Positions 11,734-24,500 of a DNA stretch of 64,000 nt are shown here, in pieces. The position numbers and the translations under genes are program-made. A model generated the notes under the pieces. It was given only the letters and a program-made list of their open reading frames with translations. It was not told where the DNA came from and searched no databases. Origin of the DNA: Eledone cirrhosa (taxonomy: Eukaryota). The stretch's first letter is position 1. The number at the start of each line of letters is the position of its first letter. The DNA lies in NCBI GenBank assembly GCA_964016885.1, contig OZ024746.1:34534001-34598000 (forward strand). The letters are read 5' to 3'.

Positions 11734-13698
11734 TCAGGTTATAAATTGGGTGTTGAGCTCTAGTCTATTATTGATTGGTGGATGTGTTCTATCTATAATG
11801 AGTGCTTCCTTGATTCTAAGATTACCGAGGTTTCTTTCTTTAGTTTCTATCCTAACTGTTATGTTTTTATCAGTGTTTTTGCATTTAACTAGGTGTTTCT
11901 TAAATGAGGAAGCGTTAGTATTGAGGTGTTCTTTTATTCTTATGTGGAGTGGTCTGGTGGTGCTACCTACGTAGAAGTTGTTGCATTTGTCACACTCTAG
12001 TCTGTAAACTACGTTAGCCTGGTGGCATAGGTCTGTGTCGTTGATGGGGCAGTTGGCTAGTCTGCAGCAGTTGTCATGTCTGGTGGAGTGTCTCTTAGCT
12101 AGCCGTCCACGCAAAGAAGGACCCGAATGGGCCAGTTGAATATCCAGACCTTCTCGTCTGATGGCTCTGCGGATGGCTGTTGTTGTTTCTTCACTGAAGT
12201 GTGGGAGCTTCAGGAAGCAAGTGTTAGTGCCTCGGGTGTGGTGTCCTCTGTTCTTTCTGGCACGGTTTGTGGTGGATGTCGTGTATCCGTTCAGTTTGAG
12301 TACTTCCAGGAAATGTGTGGTGTGTGTGTCTCGGTCTCTGGCGTCGGTGCATTTGTTCTTGATACGTGCCAGTTCGTTCTTTATGTATCCGAACTTGGCA
12401 CCGAGTGGGAGGGCCGATCTGAAATGTACGAACAGGTCCCTGCTGGCGGATTTTTTATAGAAGCAGGTGTGGATGTTGCCTTCCTCTGTTACCCTGAGTT
12501 GGAAGTCCAGCAGGGATAGGGATCCGCGGTCATCGGGGTGTTCAATGCTGAACTTTATACTGGCGTCCATGCTGGAGAATGTTGTGTATATTTTCTCTGC
12601 CTCTTCACGGGATGATGTAAGGATGAGTATGTCATCTACATATCGGGTGAAGAAGGCATGGGAATGGCAGGTGTTGAGGGCTCGGCATTCTAGCTGGTTC
12701 ATGTAAGTGATGGCCAGCAGGCCAGAGAGGCTGGATCCCATGGGTAATCCTGTTGTCTGTCTGTATGTGTGGTGGTGGAAGGTGAAGTACGTGTTGTCTA
12801 CCGTGAAGGACAAAAGTTGGTGTATGTCCGTCGGGTGGAGGCCGTAGCAGTGGATGTTCTCTGCGACCACGCAGTCCGTCAATAAATCGACAGCTGGGTG
12901 AGCGGGGACTGTAGTGTAGAGGGAGACAACGTCGAGGCTAAAAGCGTATTTATTAAGTTTAAGTTGTTCTGGCTGGAGTTGGTGTAATCTACGTATAACT
13001 TCGTCGGAGCTACTGACATGTCCGGGGAAGGTGGAGAGTAGAGGCTTGAGGACCTGGGAGAGAAGCCAGGAAATTTTGTATAGGGGTCCTTCTATGCTAG
13101 AGACGATGGGTCTTATATGCGTCTTAGTGCTATTCTTGTGGGTCTTGATGAGGTGGTAGAAAGTGGGCAGTCTGCTATTTCCAGTGGTGTAGTTGAGTTT
13201 AATTTTATTCGGGAGTTGTCTTCTCCTACAGATATCGAACCAAATGGAGTTGGTCTGTTTTTCGATTTGGGCTGCGGTCATGTCCGGGATCACTGTGTAC
13301 AGTTCACTGTCGCTTAGGTGTTCGAAGGCTAGGTTATTGTATGTGGCTTGAGAGATGACGCAGAACTCTTTACCTTTGTCGGATGGTAAGTAAATAAGTT
13401 CCTTATTCCGTAGGTTCTTCAGGGCGAGTTGTTGTGTCCTGGAGAGGTTAGGGGCCATCTTCTTCTGTTTCCGTAAGATGTTAAATACGGAATGTTTTAG
13501 TCTCGAGAGTTTATCTTCCAGCTCGCGGTTGGCGGGCGGTGGATAGAGTGGGCGATCTAGTTGGTATATCGGGAATCTGGGTGTGGTGGATTCCGTGGTG
13601 TTGTTGTCGAGAGTCGATATCCATTTCAGTTGGTAGGCAGCTCGACAGAAATTCGTTTCTATGTCGAGCCATAGTCTGTCGTCCAGTCTCTGTTTCAA
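11734..13698 (-). CDS. PLE RT + GIY-YIG endonuclease (654 aa, uninterrupted, N-terminus probably truncated)
   Basis: Motifs PSDKG, IKTHK, IRPIVS, SLDVVSLYT, GLPMGS, RYVDD, LLDF, VVYRLEC...YVGST, IKEH. Confidence 0.92.
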   Translation of the reverse strand: MKQRLDDRLWLDIETNFCRAAYQLKWISTLDNNTTESTTPRFPIYQLDRPLYPPPANRELEDKLSRLKHSVFNILRKQKKMAPNLSRTQQLALKNLRNKELIYLPSDKGKEFCVISQATYNNLAFEHLSDSELYTVIPDMTAAQIEKQTNSIWFDICRRRQLPNKIKLNYTTGNSRLPTFYHLIKTHKNSTKTHIRPIVSSIEGPLYKISWLLSQVLKPLLSTFPGHVSSSDEVIRRLHQLQPEQLKLNKYAFSLDVVSLYTTVPAHPAVDLLTDCVVAENIHCYGLHPTDIHQLLSFTVDNTYFTFHHHTYRQTTGLPMGSSLSGLLAITYMNQLECRALNTCHSHAFFTRYVDDILILTSSREEAEKIYTTFSSMDASIKFSIEHPDDRGSLSLLDFQLRVTEEGNIHTCFYKKSASRDLFVHFRSALPLGAKFGYIKNELARIKNKCTDARDRDTHTTHFLEVLKLNGYTTSTTNRARKNRGHHTRGTNTCFLKLPHFSEETTTAIRRAIRREGLDIQLAHSGPSLRGRLAKRHSTRHDNCCRLANCPINDTDLCHQANVVYRLECDKCNNFYVGSTTRPLHIRIKEHLNTNASSFKKHLVKCKNTDKNITVRIETKERNLGNLRIKEALIIDRTHPPINNRLELNTQFIT

Positions 13699-13750
13699 TA
13701 TGAACTTGGGACCCAGGCTGAGGAGGTCTAATTCCTCTCGGGAGAGGTAA

Positions 13751-14513
13751 CAGGGTAACAGAGGAAGGCAACATCCACACCTGCTTCTATAAAAAATCCG
13801 CCAGCAGGGACCTGTTCGTACATTTCAGATCGGCCCTCCCACTCGGTGCCAAGTTCGGATACATAAAGAACGAACTGGCACGTATCAAGAACAAATGCAC
13901 CGACGCCAGAGACCGAGACACACACACCACACATTTCCTGGAAGTACTCAAACTGAACGGATACACGACATCCACCACAAACCGTGCCAGAAAGAACAGA
14001 GGACACCACACCCGAGGCACTAACACTTGCTTCCTGAAGCTCCCACACTTCAGTGAAGAAACAACAACAGCCATCCGCAGAGCCATCAGACGAGAAGGTC
14101 TGGATATTCAACTGGCCCATTCGGGTCCTTCTTTGCGTGGACGGCTAGCTAAGAGACACTCCACCAGACATGACAACTGCTGCAGACTAGCCAACTGCCC
14201 CATCAACGACACAGACCTATGCCACCAGGCTAACGTAGTTTACAGACTAGAGTGTGACAAATGCAACAACTTCTACGTAGGTAGCACCACCAGACCACTC
14301 CACATAAGAATAAAAGAACACCTCAATACTAACGCTTCCTCATTTAAGAAACACCTAGTTAAATGCAAAAACACTGATAAAAACATAACAGTTAGGATAG
14401 AAACTAAAGAAAGAAACCTCGGTAATCTTAGAATCAAGGAAGCACTCATTATAGATAGAACACATCCACCAATCAATAATAGACTAGAGCTCAACACCCA
14501 ATTTATAACCTGA
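13751..14513 (+). pseudogene. Inverted duplicate of the PLE2 C-terminal part (RT thumb + GIY-YIG)
   Basis: ORF 14133-14513 matches the end of the 654-aa protein. Confidence 0.9.
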
Positions 14514-15034
14514 TAGGGCCTCTAGCCCCACTTTACACACCCCACACACACGCACGCACACACCCCCACTTATTCTCTCTCACACATACACACACAAAAC
14601 CAGTTCTAACACCAGATAACACCTACCCCCCACTTTTACGATTAGACCTATCTTCCCACACTCACACACACACACATACCTACACCTTCATGCTTTCTCC
14701 CACACATACAGGCACGCATATAAAATTTACATAACACAACAAAAACATAAACAAACCCCTCTTAAAGGGAGACTACTCTTTACCCACCTAATTTTAATTC
14801 TTTGATATTAAAGTTAGAACTCTATACTATTTCCGGTCAGCATGGCTTCATTGGAAATTTAGACGCTGGTCTGAGACTTTTACTTCCCTCCGAAGAAGAG
14901 ATATTATCTCGAAAATTAAGGACATTTAAATAAATTCAAGGTGAAAGACTAATTCTCACCAATATCTCTCACTATTGCATTCTTTTTCTATGTCCATATC
15001 TGCATTGTCTTGGCCTTATTACACATATTCTAAC

Positions 15035-15104
<70 letters not shown>

Positions 15105-15106
<2 letters not shown>

Positions 15107-15304
15107 CAAAGGAAATGTGGCAAGGAGCAGATGGACCATAACGCACCAAAGTACTCAATACTTAGGGTAGTAGAGTGGGTAGTAGGAACGAGTAGGACCC
15201 CGACGGCTGAGCTCAAGCCGTTTTGACGGCTAATTCTGGACTAAAGTTTTAGTCCAGAATTACCCGTCGAAACGGCTTGATCTCAGCCGTCGGGACCCTA
15301 CTCG

Positions 15305-15308
<4 letters not shown>
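15105..15308 (-). mobile_element. Short fold-back derivative of the PLE1-family pLTR
   Basis: Matches 10018-10158 in reverse, then folds back at CTGGACTAAA-g-TTTTAGTCCAG; lies in (TA)n. Confidence 0.85.
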
Positions 15309-15369
<61 letters not shown>

Positions 15370-16697
15370 CGAGAGACATAGCCAGCCCATTAATGTTTGT
15401 CCGTTTTGGTCACAATTATGTCTTTAACACCAGCCTGCTTTCGAATCCAGGTCTTGCTTTTCTTGTTACGCAAGGTGATGCCGAGCATAATCCTTTTCAT
15501 TTCATTTCATGCTGGGCCACTGTAAGGGTCTATGCAGTGGTGGTGTGGAGTTTTCATGTCTCACTTCTATAAGTCATCACCAAAAAAAACATATTCGTTA
15601 AAAAGCTCTCTTTTGATTACGAGTGTTGTCTTTTAATGATGAACTTTCTAAAAGCCGCCCAAACAAACACAATCATTTGTTGACACCCGGAAGTAGGGAA
15701 TCATTCTTTGCAACCTTCTTTTCTCTGTACACATAACTGTCTACTTACTCGGTGGTCATTTTATTTACAACTTCAAATGGTTTAGCGTTGCTGTTAAATA
15801 TGAGATTTGTTTCCAAAGATGCAAGTTAAGGACTACATGCTGATAGCATGTAACGTCTGGAAATCTGTCATTAATATATCGAACTGCAGGCATGTGTCGA
15901 CATAACAAAGTCAATCGTTTTGATGAATTCTTACACTCTGATCAAATGGCAAGCTATTCTCTCTTACGGAGTATCAAAACTAGCAATTTTCAGGAAAATA
16001 TGCAGAACTTCGTTAAGTATAACTTTCTTTATTTATATATCATTTAGGGTTACTGAATAATATATAACCTTGCCACATATACCGTCGAATCATGACAATG
16101 TATAACCAAGAGGAAACCATTAAACATTTGGCAACTGTAATACTGACATCAGTACACATTCAAAATTAACCAAGTATAACTATGAGATCTACACTCAGCT
16201 GTCAACATGCTAAATTTAGCTGAGTAATTTATTTCTCACTGAATCAAAATGGCTTCTGGCACAGTAACTATGCAGTTTTTTCTCGCCTCCTTTGGACAGC
16301 TTATGTGCCACAATACATTATACTATATATACGAAATACTACAAGTATATGTCAAAAATATTTATATGACGGGTGGAAGAAAGACATCTATGATATAGTT
16401 CATGAAATATTTTGAAGAATATCAATAAATGAAGTTTAATGAAAATGCATATGAAGGCAATTGAAACGGTATCTGGGAACTGTGACATTTTCTTCCTTAC
16501 AGGGAGAAATTCTTCATTCAGATGGAGGAGTTATATAAGTGAACAAAAAATGCATACATAATCACAGGGACAACTAAGGGTTTGGGCATGGTAGTCATAA
16601 ATACCTAACTAAATAAATAAATAAATCTGTCCCTAATTATATACATATATATTTATATATATATGTATATAATTAGTGAAATATATATATATGTATG

Positions 16698-16761
16698 TAA
16701 TAGGAAAAGGGTCAGAACCACGACGGCAGGGCTCAAGCCGTTTCGACAGCCCTTTCTGGAA

Positions 16762-16807
<46 letters not shown>

Positions 16808-16858
16808 ATAGCTGTAGAAACGGCGTGAGCTCTGCCGTCAGGGTTCTGACCCTTTTCC

Positions 16859-16863
<5 letters not shown>
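16698..16863. mobile_element. Inverted pair of pLTR fragments related to the PLE1 family, separated by (TA)n
   Basis: About 16698-16759 and 16803-16863 are imperfect reverse complements. They contain the 3' half of the HHR (GAAACGGC...GCCGTC). Confidence 0.7.
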
Positions 16864-16898
<35 letters not shown>

Positions 16899-17604
16899 TT
16901 AGGGAACGAATCATATCGAATAGAATGAACACAGCTTCGGTCGTTTCCTAACTCACTGAATAGATTAATTAAGACCAAATTATCAAATTTCAAACATAAC
17001 CAATAATTAAACGTTAATTAGTGAAGAAGACGACTCCGTGTGGATAGGAAATTTATCGCACCGATGCACCAGTTTCTATGATTCCGATCTGATGTATGTG
17101 TGCGTAAGAGCATTTAATTTTCATTCGTTCTTTAGTTTTCATACAACTGCTGGTTATATGTATCTCATTGTATATACTAATCTTTTAATATATGCTTCTG
17201 TATCTGTATTAAATTGTGTGTGATTGCTAGACTATTTGCATCTTCCTGATATGTTTTACATTTCTATCACGGTATATCCCCACAGGGCCAAATATACAGT
17301 CTATACACAGTAGGGAGCAACCGATATATATTTAATAGTAAATTTATAATGACAAGTGAATGAATTCTAATAAGGTAAATTGCAAGATAGAAATACAATA
17401 GACCGCTTGTGATGGCTGGGATCTGCTTATCAGATTTAAATCAACCTCATGCAATAGATGTCTAAACCAGCTTCCGTAATATTAAGGACAACTATAAAAG
17501 CAAACCTATCAACTAACAGGTGACCATAAGAATGATGACGGCAATGATGTTATATTCACAATGTGTTAAAGCTTAAAATACATTACAACAATAAAACATC
17601 AGTC

Positions 17605-17760
17605 GCAAGGCCAGTAATTTAGGGTGAGGAGAAAATCGTTTATACCCACACTAGTGCTTGAGTAGTAAATTATATTACCGAAAACCTCATGCTGAAGAGC
17701 GAATTTGAACTTGGTAGGATTTGAACTCTTACGTTCTATAATTCTGGTAATCCACTGCCC
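17605..17760 (-). mobile_element. Degenerate tRNA-derived SINE
   Basis: GGATTTGAACTC (B box on - strand) and GCAAGGCCAG end, similar to 42545-42733. Confidence 0.5.
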
Positions 17761-17767
17761 TCAACGA

Positions 17768-17798
<31 letters not shown>

Positions 17799-17871
17799 AA
17801 GAAGAAGAAGAAGAAGAAGAAGAAGAAGAAGAAGAAGAAGAAGAAGAAGAAGAAGAAGAAGAAGAAGAAGA
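17768..17871. repeat. (AAG)n microsatellite
   Basis: Seen directly. Confidence 0.98.
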
Positions 17872-19796
17872 GAATCAAACATTCTTTTTTTTTTCTTTTT
17901 CTTCTTCTTCGACTTCTTCTTCACCTTTTCATCTTCTTTCTGTTTCTTCTTTTTTTCTTCGGATTATTGTTCGTCTTGGAGGATGGGAGGTTAGTGGATG
18001 CAGAAGTCCAAACTTTTCCCTCAGCGGATATTTTCAGAAGCAACTAACTCCAATACATCCGACTGATGTGACCCCCAAGTGAGACCAGCCGTGCTGATGC
18101 ATGTTATCCAACTATCCTATTCGGAGTGTAAACATGCGTCTTCTGCCGGTCGATTCTGCTCGTAAAATCTTTCTGTAACCACATTCTCGTAGTATTGGGG
18201 CAGTCATCTCTCAATGCGGAGAAATAGCGTCTCTACCTTTGGCGACTCTCTGATCACTGAACTAAGCACTCTATTTATATACATCACATAAAATCCGATG
18301 AAAATGTGGTACACCTAACACAAACGTCAATGTATTAGGACGATCGAAACTTGCTTGTTTCAGATGATAAGCAAATAAACATACTGCCTCTGACAGTGAG
18401 ATTATTTTCACGAGTCATTGTCAATGAGATTTACGCCAAACACATACTCACAATTTCTTAAATATCAAGAACTTAGACAGAGTACAAATCATTGAAATTA
18501 AAGTAGATGTTGGGAAGGAATATTATATATTAATAATTAAAACAGATAAAAGCAATTCAAAAGATACTCGTATATTCAAACCCTAGATGAACGGAGGCGA
18601 GACAACGAAGAAGAACAATTTAGATTACACGAATCAATGTTATAACAAAGTAACCTATATAGAACAAATACGAGGAAGTATAGCCAACTACAATTTCAAC
18701 ACAGCTGTTAAATATATGATGCAAGAGAACAAACATATATACATAGAGAGAAGAAAATGAAAAAATTAATTATATATATATCGCCACCATATATCATAAA
18801 AATTAAAAAAAAACATTTGTTTCTACTTTCAGGGAAAGAAACCCATAAATAGGATAGGGAAATTACAGTTTTGTGGGAATAAAGAAAAATAACGCGAAAA
18901 TCTAAGTTAAAATTTGGGATACTGAAGTGTAAGACAGAAAGAGAAAATTAATCTAGTTTTGGTTGTAATTCTAGATAAATGGTCTTTCAAAAGAATACAT
19001 CTAAAGCATATTATGATTCAGAGTACGCTATGATCTGCAGAAACCAAGAAAGCTAATGGCATATAACAATTACATTGTCTCTGACTGTGTGTGCTTTAGG
19101 AGTGATTAACATTATGCAAGCGAATGCATATTGAAAATACTACGACAAATAAACACAGGCAGATCACTGAACACGAAACATTAAAACACATCAATCAGCC
19201 TTATAAGTTAGGGTACTGAGAAATGAATGGAGGTAAGTTATGGTCCCGTAACTCCTGAGGGACTCGTTGGGGCGAGGTATTGACATACGGCATTTCTTGT
19301 GCATTTGAAGTCTAGCGGAGCCCATCCCTCTCCAGGCCTAAGTACAACATATTTCTTCTAAAGAAGGATATAAAGTGAGAGAGAGAACGTGAGAAATATA
19401 TATATGTATAGGAACAATTGATCCCAGTTCAAGATGTTTTCTTTTATATCTACTTCGTAAAGAAAGATAGCAACGTTGACCTCGATGGGGTTTTATCTCA
19501 CCGCAAATTATTCGAACGAGTGTGAGAAATAAATATGAATTATAAAACGCAAACAAAGTATTATGTGTAACCAGTATGCTCAGTGATGTACACAACAGTA
19601 GGTGTAGTTACGTAATCGAATAAGACAACTGAAGACATGATTTTAATCATTATATTACACGGAAAATAAAGGTCTGAGCGGCCGATGAGGGGTCTGTTTT
19701 GAAGAGGGTCCTCCACTATAGAGTAGTAGGCTTAACTGTACCCTGAAACATAAGGTCGTGCATATATGTTAAGTACATCAATTTTTTTAATAGTAT

Positions 19797-19845
<49 letters not shown>

Positions 19846-19851
19846 CTCGGT

Positions 19852-19888
<37 letters not shown>

Positions 19889-19893
<5 letters not shown>

Positions 19894-20090
19894 ACCGAGT
19901 AGGACCGCGACGGCTGAGCTCAAGTCGTTTCGACGGCTAATTCTGGACTAAATTTAGTCCAGAATTAGCCGTCGAAACGGCTTGAGCTCAGCCGTCGTGG
20001 TCCTACTCGTTCCTATTACCCACTCTACTACCCTAAGTATTGAGTACTTTGGTGCGTTATGGTCCATCTGGTTCCTTACCACATTTCCTT

Positions 20091-20093
<3 letters not shown>
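19889..20093 (+). mobile_element. Short fold-back derivative of the PLE1-family pLTR
   Basis: Loop-less palindrome centred on CTGGACTAAA|TTTAGTCCAG (19952/19953). The right arm carries the 80-nt tail. Flanked by (TA)n. Confidence 0.88.
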
Positions 20094-20127
<34 letters not shown>

Positions 20128-20295
20128 CATATACATTATTCGGGCATCGTAGTTTGAGTAGTGCATAATTGAGCGTGATTTGATCGCTTTGGCGAAGATG
20201 ATTGCCTGCTTAGAAATTCAGATTGATCATTTCAAAGCGTCTCCATGCATGCGTTTCTCATTCTCTCACACTCTCTCTTTCTCTCCCACTCTCTC

Positions 20296-20343
<48 letters not shown>

Positions 20344-20693
20344 CATATATATGTGTGTGTGTGTGGGCGTAGGTATATGAATGTGTGTAGATATGCATAT
20401 GTGTGTGTCTGCGTGTGTCTGTCTTAGAATAAGCAATAGGCAAATATTCATGGGCGTTTGTGTTTAATGACCGTATTAGACTCCACTGTGTTTGTTTTTG
20501 TACGGGTATTTAATAATTAAATACAAAGTTGATTACCTAGCAACCACTTAGATACAAGATACAAATTATGCAAGCCTGCACATATGAAGTCTGAAAATAT
20601 ACTACCGGCCACACATCCGCTTGCACATACATATCTATCTACGTATTTAATTATCACTCTATATATCTATCTATAAATCAATCAATCAATGAA

Positions 20694-20774
<81 letters not shown>

Positions 20775-20874
20775 AATGTAACGTGTAGGTCTGTAGGTTC
20801 AACCGAGTGAGCAATCGATGCGTAGTCTCCATTCGGTAAAAAGGTGAATAACTAAACAGAGTGTAGTTATAATA

Positions 20875-21060
20875 ATTGTTTCTACTTTTTCTCACAAGGT
20901 CAGCAATTATCTCAGTGTATTACTGGTACTTTATTTTATCTACCCCCATAAGGAAGAAAGGCAAATTTAACCTCGGCACGATTTGAGCTCAGACTGCAAA
21001 GGGATGTAACTCTATGCTGTAAAGCATAGCGTCCGACCATCTACCGATACTGCCAATCCA
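20875..21060 (-). mobile_element. tRNA-derived SINE
   Basis: Same family as 42545-42733 (CAGTGTATTACTGGTACTTTATTT, GAAAGGCAAA, GATTTGAGCTCAG). Confidence 0.8.
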
Positions 21061-21513
21061 AATGGGTTCATTAAGTGGAGACATTCGTTTTGTTATTTAT
21101 TGAGTTCGAGTTCAAAGTTCGATCTGTATTAATCTAGCCCGACTCTGGAATCCTAAGCTCGTCGAGCCTCTGCTGTGCTAATTACAGAATTAACCTGGAG
21201 GGATTAGAAATGTCTATAACGATTCACATTCATTTATGGTGGTTTTGATTAATGTTTGTTTTGATTGGTGGTTTTGCTATGAGGACTATTTTGGTAGGTG
21301 TGATAGGTGGAAGGGTAGGATCATAATGAAGAGGTAGTGGGGAGTGGTGGTGTGATTTGTGAGGGTGTGGTGTTTTGGCTGTTTCATAGACATTGTGGCA
21401 TATATGTGGTGAGGCTGGGTGTGGGCTTGGAGGTGGTTATGAGCTATGCGGGATGGGAGTGAAATAGTGTCGTCCTGTTCTAAGGATGGGGAGTTCTGTT
21501 AGTCAGTGGTTGA

Positions 21514-24500
21514 TCAAAGAGGAATAAAATAAAATGTCGAAGTGGAGTCTCCGCTGATTGCCGTTTCCGCTTCGTAGAGGGCTGTGAGCGCCTGTAGGCA
21601 CTCGAGGTGCCAGGCATCCATTTTCGGTCTTCGCTTGACCCAGGACTGCAGCTCAGTTAGTGAGACGAGTTGTGAAAGAGCTTGTCTCACAAACGACAGC
21701 CACACCGGTTCACCGGTCAGGAATACCTGGAGATTGCGTAGCCTCAGCGTATGTTTGCGGATCATCAGCCACGGCTGCCCAGCCCTCCGTTAGAAGGTTG
21801 TTGACAGCAGATGGATCTCCTCACCAATGGAGCCTGTTTCTTCCAGAGGAACTTGAAGAGTAGGCGTTCCATTTGGTGAGATGTTCGCGGGGGCAAGGCA
21901 CAACTGTCAAGCGGTAGTAGATGACGGACGCTATGTAAGTTTTCTCCACCTCCGCTTGACCTTTCAATGTGAGTGTTCATTCAGCCCACTTCTGGCTGAG
22001 TGCAACACCTTCGCCGTGACATCGTTCCAGTTCTTGTCCACCTGGATGTCTGAACCGAACCAGACCCCGAGCAATTTCACCGGTCCTTCCGTCCAGCGTT
22101 CAACGAGACTGTCGGAAGGCATGGTTTTGCCTCTCCATGTGCGAGTTGCAAACCGACGGACTTGTTTCGCTTTAGTCTTGCTCCTGTCAACGTTTCGTAT
22201 TCCTGTAATAGGTTGCCGATTACCCTGATTTCCGAGGTTTTCGACACCATTACGGTTATGTCGTCGGCATAGGCTGACGCTGCTTTCCGCAGTCCTGGTT
22301 CGATCGGGATGCCCTGCAACAGTTCCAATTTCCGCAGTAACGGCTCAAGAGTCAGTACATACAGAATGGAGGAGAGAGGGCATCCCTGACGGATGGAACG
22401 CAGAATTTGGAATGGCTCTGATAGGTAGCCATTCACCTTGACTGCCGAGCAGATGGTGGTGTGCATGGCAGCGATCCAGCCTCTAAAGACGGGACCCGAG
22501 CCGGCCGCCTTGAGAACTGCTTCCAAGTATTGATGGTCGACCCTATCTAAATTGATCAGAGCCCCACCGAAGCCAGGTTTACCACCCAACCCTCTCTCTG
22601 ACGTATCGCAGGAGGTGGAGGTTGTCGTGTATGGACCTGATCGGGATTGCACACGTTTGGGCTTCCCCTACCAGGTTCTCGACGACAAGCGCCAGCCTTG
22701 CTGCTAACACCTTGGCCAAAATCTGTAACTCCGTGTTGAGCAGAGTTATGGGCCTGGAATTGTTTATCTCATCCTCCTTGTTCTCATATTTCCTTATCAG
22801 CCTTACTATGCCTCTGCCTACAGAACTGGGAATCCTCCCGTTCTGCTGCCAGTTACAGTAGACCGCTTCGAGGACGCCAGAGAATAAGTCTGGCATGCCT
22901 ATGTAAATCGGGTGATTTGCGTTTCCCGCAGCGGCCTTTCGCAGCTCTCCGCATCCGTGCTCGAGAGTCGAGGTACGCCGTCGAGGTAGGAGCTGAAGTC
23001 CATCACCTCGCTCGATGTACCGCTTTGCCCGAACAGTTGTGCAAAATGCTGCTGGAAGGCCGCGCACATCTGCTTGGATTCAAGTATAATGCGTCCATCT
23101 TTGTCTTGCAAAGACCGAATTGTGGATTTGTTGCCAATTTACGCCTCTGCCACTCGGGCCCAGCTAACAGCTTTGGCTCCCTCGTTTCTTAGAGCAGGTG
23201 TTCTACTTCTGACAATACACCCTTCTTACTTCACGCGAAGAACTGGTCTAGTGCCGTTCTCGCCGCTAGCACATCAGCTGTACTGCCATTCCTAAGTGCC
23301 CCTTCTATTTTAGCTACAAGTTCCTTTTCCGTTTTGTTATATTCTAAAGCTACTTCCTTGATAAATGCTATCGATTCTATTCTAATTGCTCTCTTGAGAG
23401 AGCTCCACCACCTGTTGTTGACGATCGGCCCCGTCAACTGGCACTTTATTAAAGTGCTAATCCGTTTACTGTACGCCTTACGCGCCGGGAGCGACCTGTT
23501 TAGCTTCCAGTATCTGGGTACATGTCTATGTGTTCTATCAAGGTTGACTACGCAGGTGACTAATTTGTGGTCTGAATAAGCAACCATGTGCATTTGTGGA
23601 CAGTTTAATGTTTCCTTATCATTCTGTCTAATTAAAGATCTATTTAATACGATCTAGAAGACCCAGTGCGGTTGCGTACGTCCACAGTGGTGCACTTGGG
23701 AAGTCTAGTCGATGTCTATCAGCCATTTGGAATTGGCTGATGAAATTCTTTGAGGCTATTACACCCCCATCTATTATCACAAGATCCTACATAGTCCCAA
23801 ATTGCGCTAAGATGCCGTTCCAGTCCCCCGCTAACACTAAGGAGCGAGACGTTCCCAGGAATGGCTCAAGACGCTTGAAGAACTCTGGATGCTATGTCCT
23901 AGTCGGGGCATATACGGCTACCAGTCGGAAAGCTGCACCATCACTACCATTCACGTCCAGGTCTACCAGGCTGCCCTCCGGATCCTAGTGAATCGTCTGT
24001 ATTTTGAGATCCAAGTTTTTTCGAAACAGAACAGCAACTCCCCCTCCACCTCCTGGCTGACAGAGAGATGCGTAGATCTCAAAATCATCGAACATGGGCG
24101 CCAGCTGCTGCTTGTCGTGAATCCTGGACTCGGTGATGGCTATCACATCTATACAATGTGACCTGCCATCATTTAAATGCTGGCCCTGTTTCCAGGACAT
24201 GCCCAGGCCACGTACATTGGAACATCCAGCTTGTATAGTCACCATGTTGGGGAAGAAGAGTTAAGGAGCCAAAAGGCAGGAACACTTACCTTTTCGTTTC
24301 CTGGAGGTCAGGTTGTTCGATCTCCATGTCCAGATTGGTGGTGTTTGGGGAGGGAATCCTTTTAGCAGGACACGGTGAAGGGGCTTTTTGCAAGGGGGCC
24401 CACATCATGTGAGAAGTTCTCTTTTAAAGTTTCATATTGTAGGGTTGTTACCCTGATAAGTTTGAGGTTTGGGGGTGGGTCGTAGGTTCGGGAAGGTTTT

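Larger units (their letters stand above)
11166..15041 (-). mobile_element. Penelope-like element 2, 5'-truncated, with a 1.29-kb inverted duplication
   Basis: 11206-12496 is the near-perfect reverse complement of 13751-15041. A 40-nt tail lies at 11166-11205. (TA)n on both sides. Confidence 0.93.
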
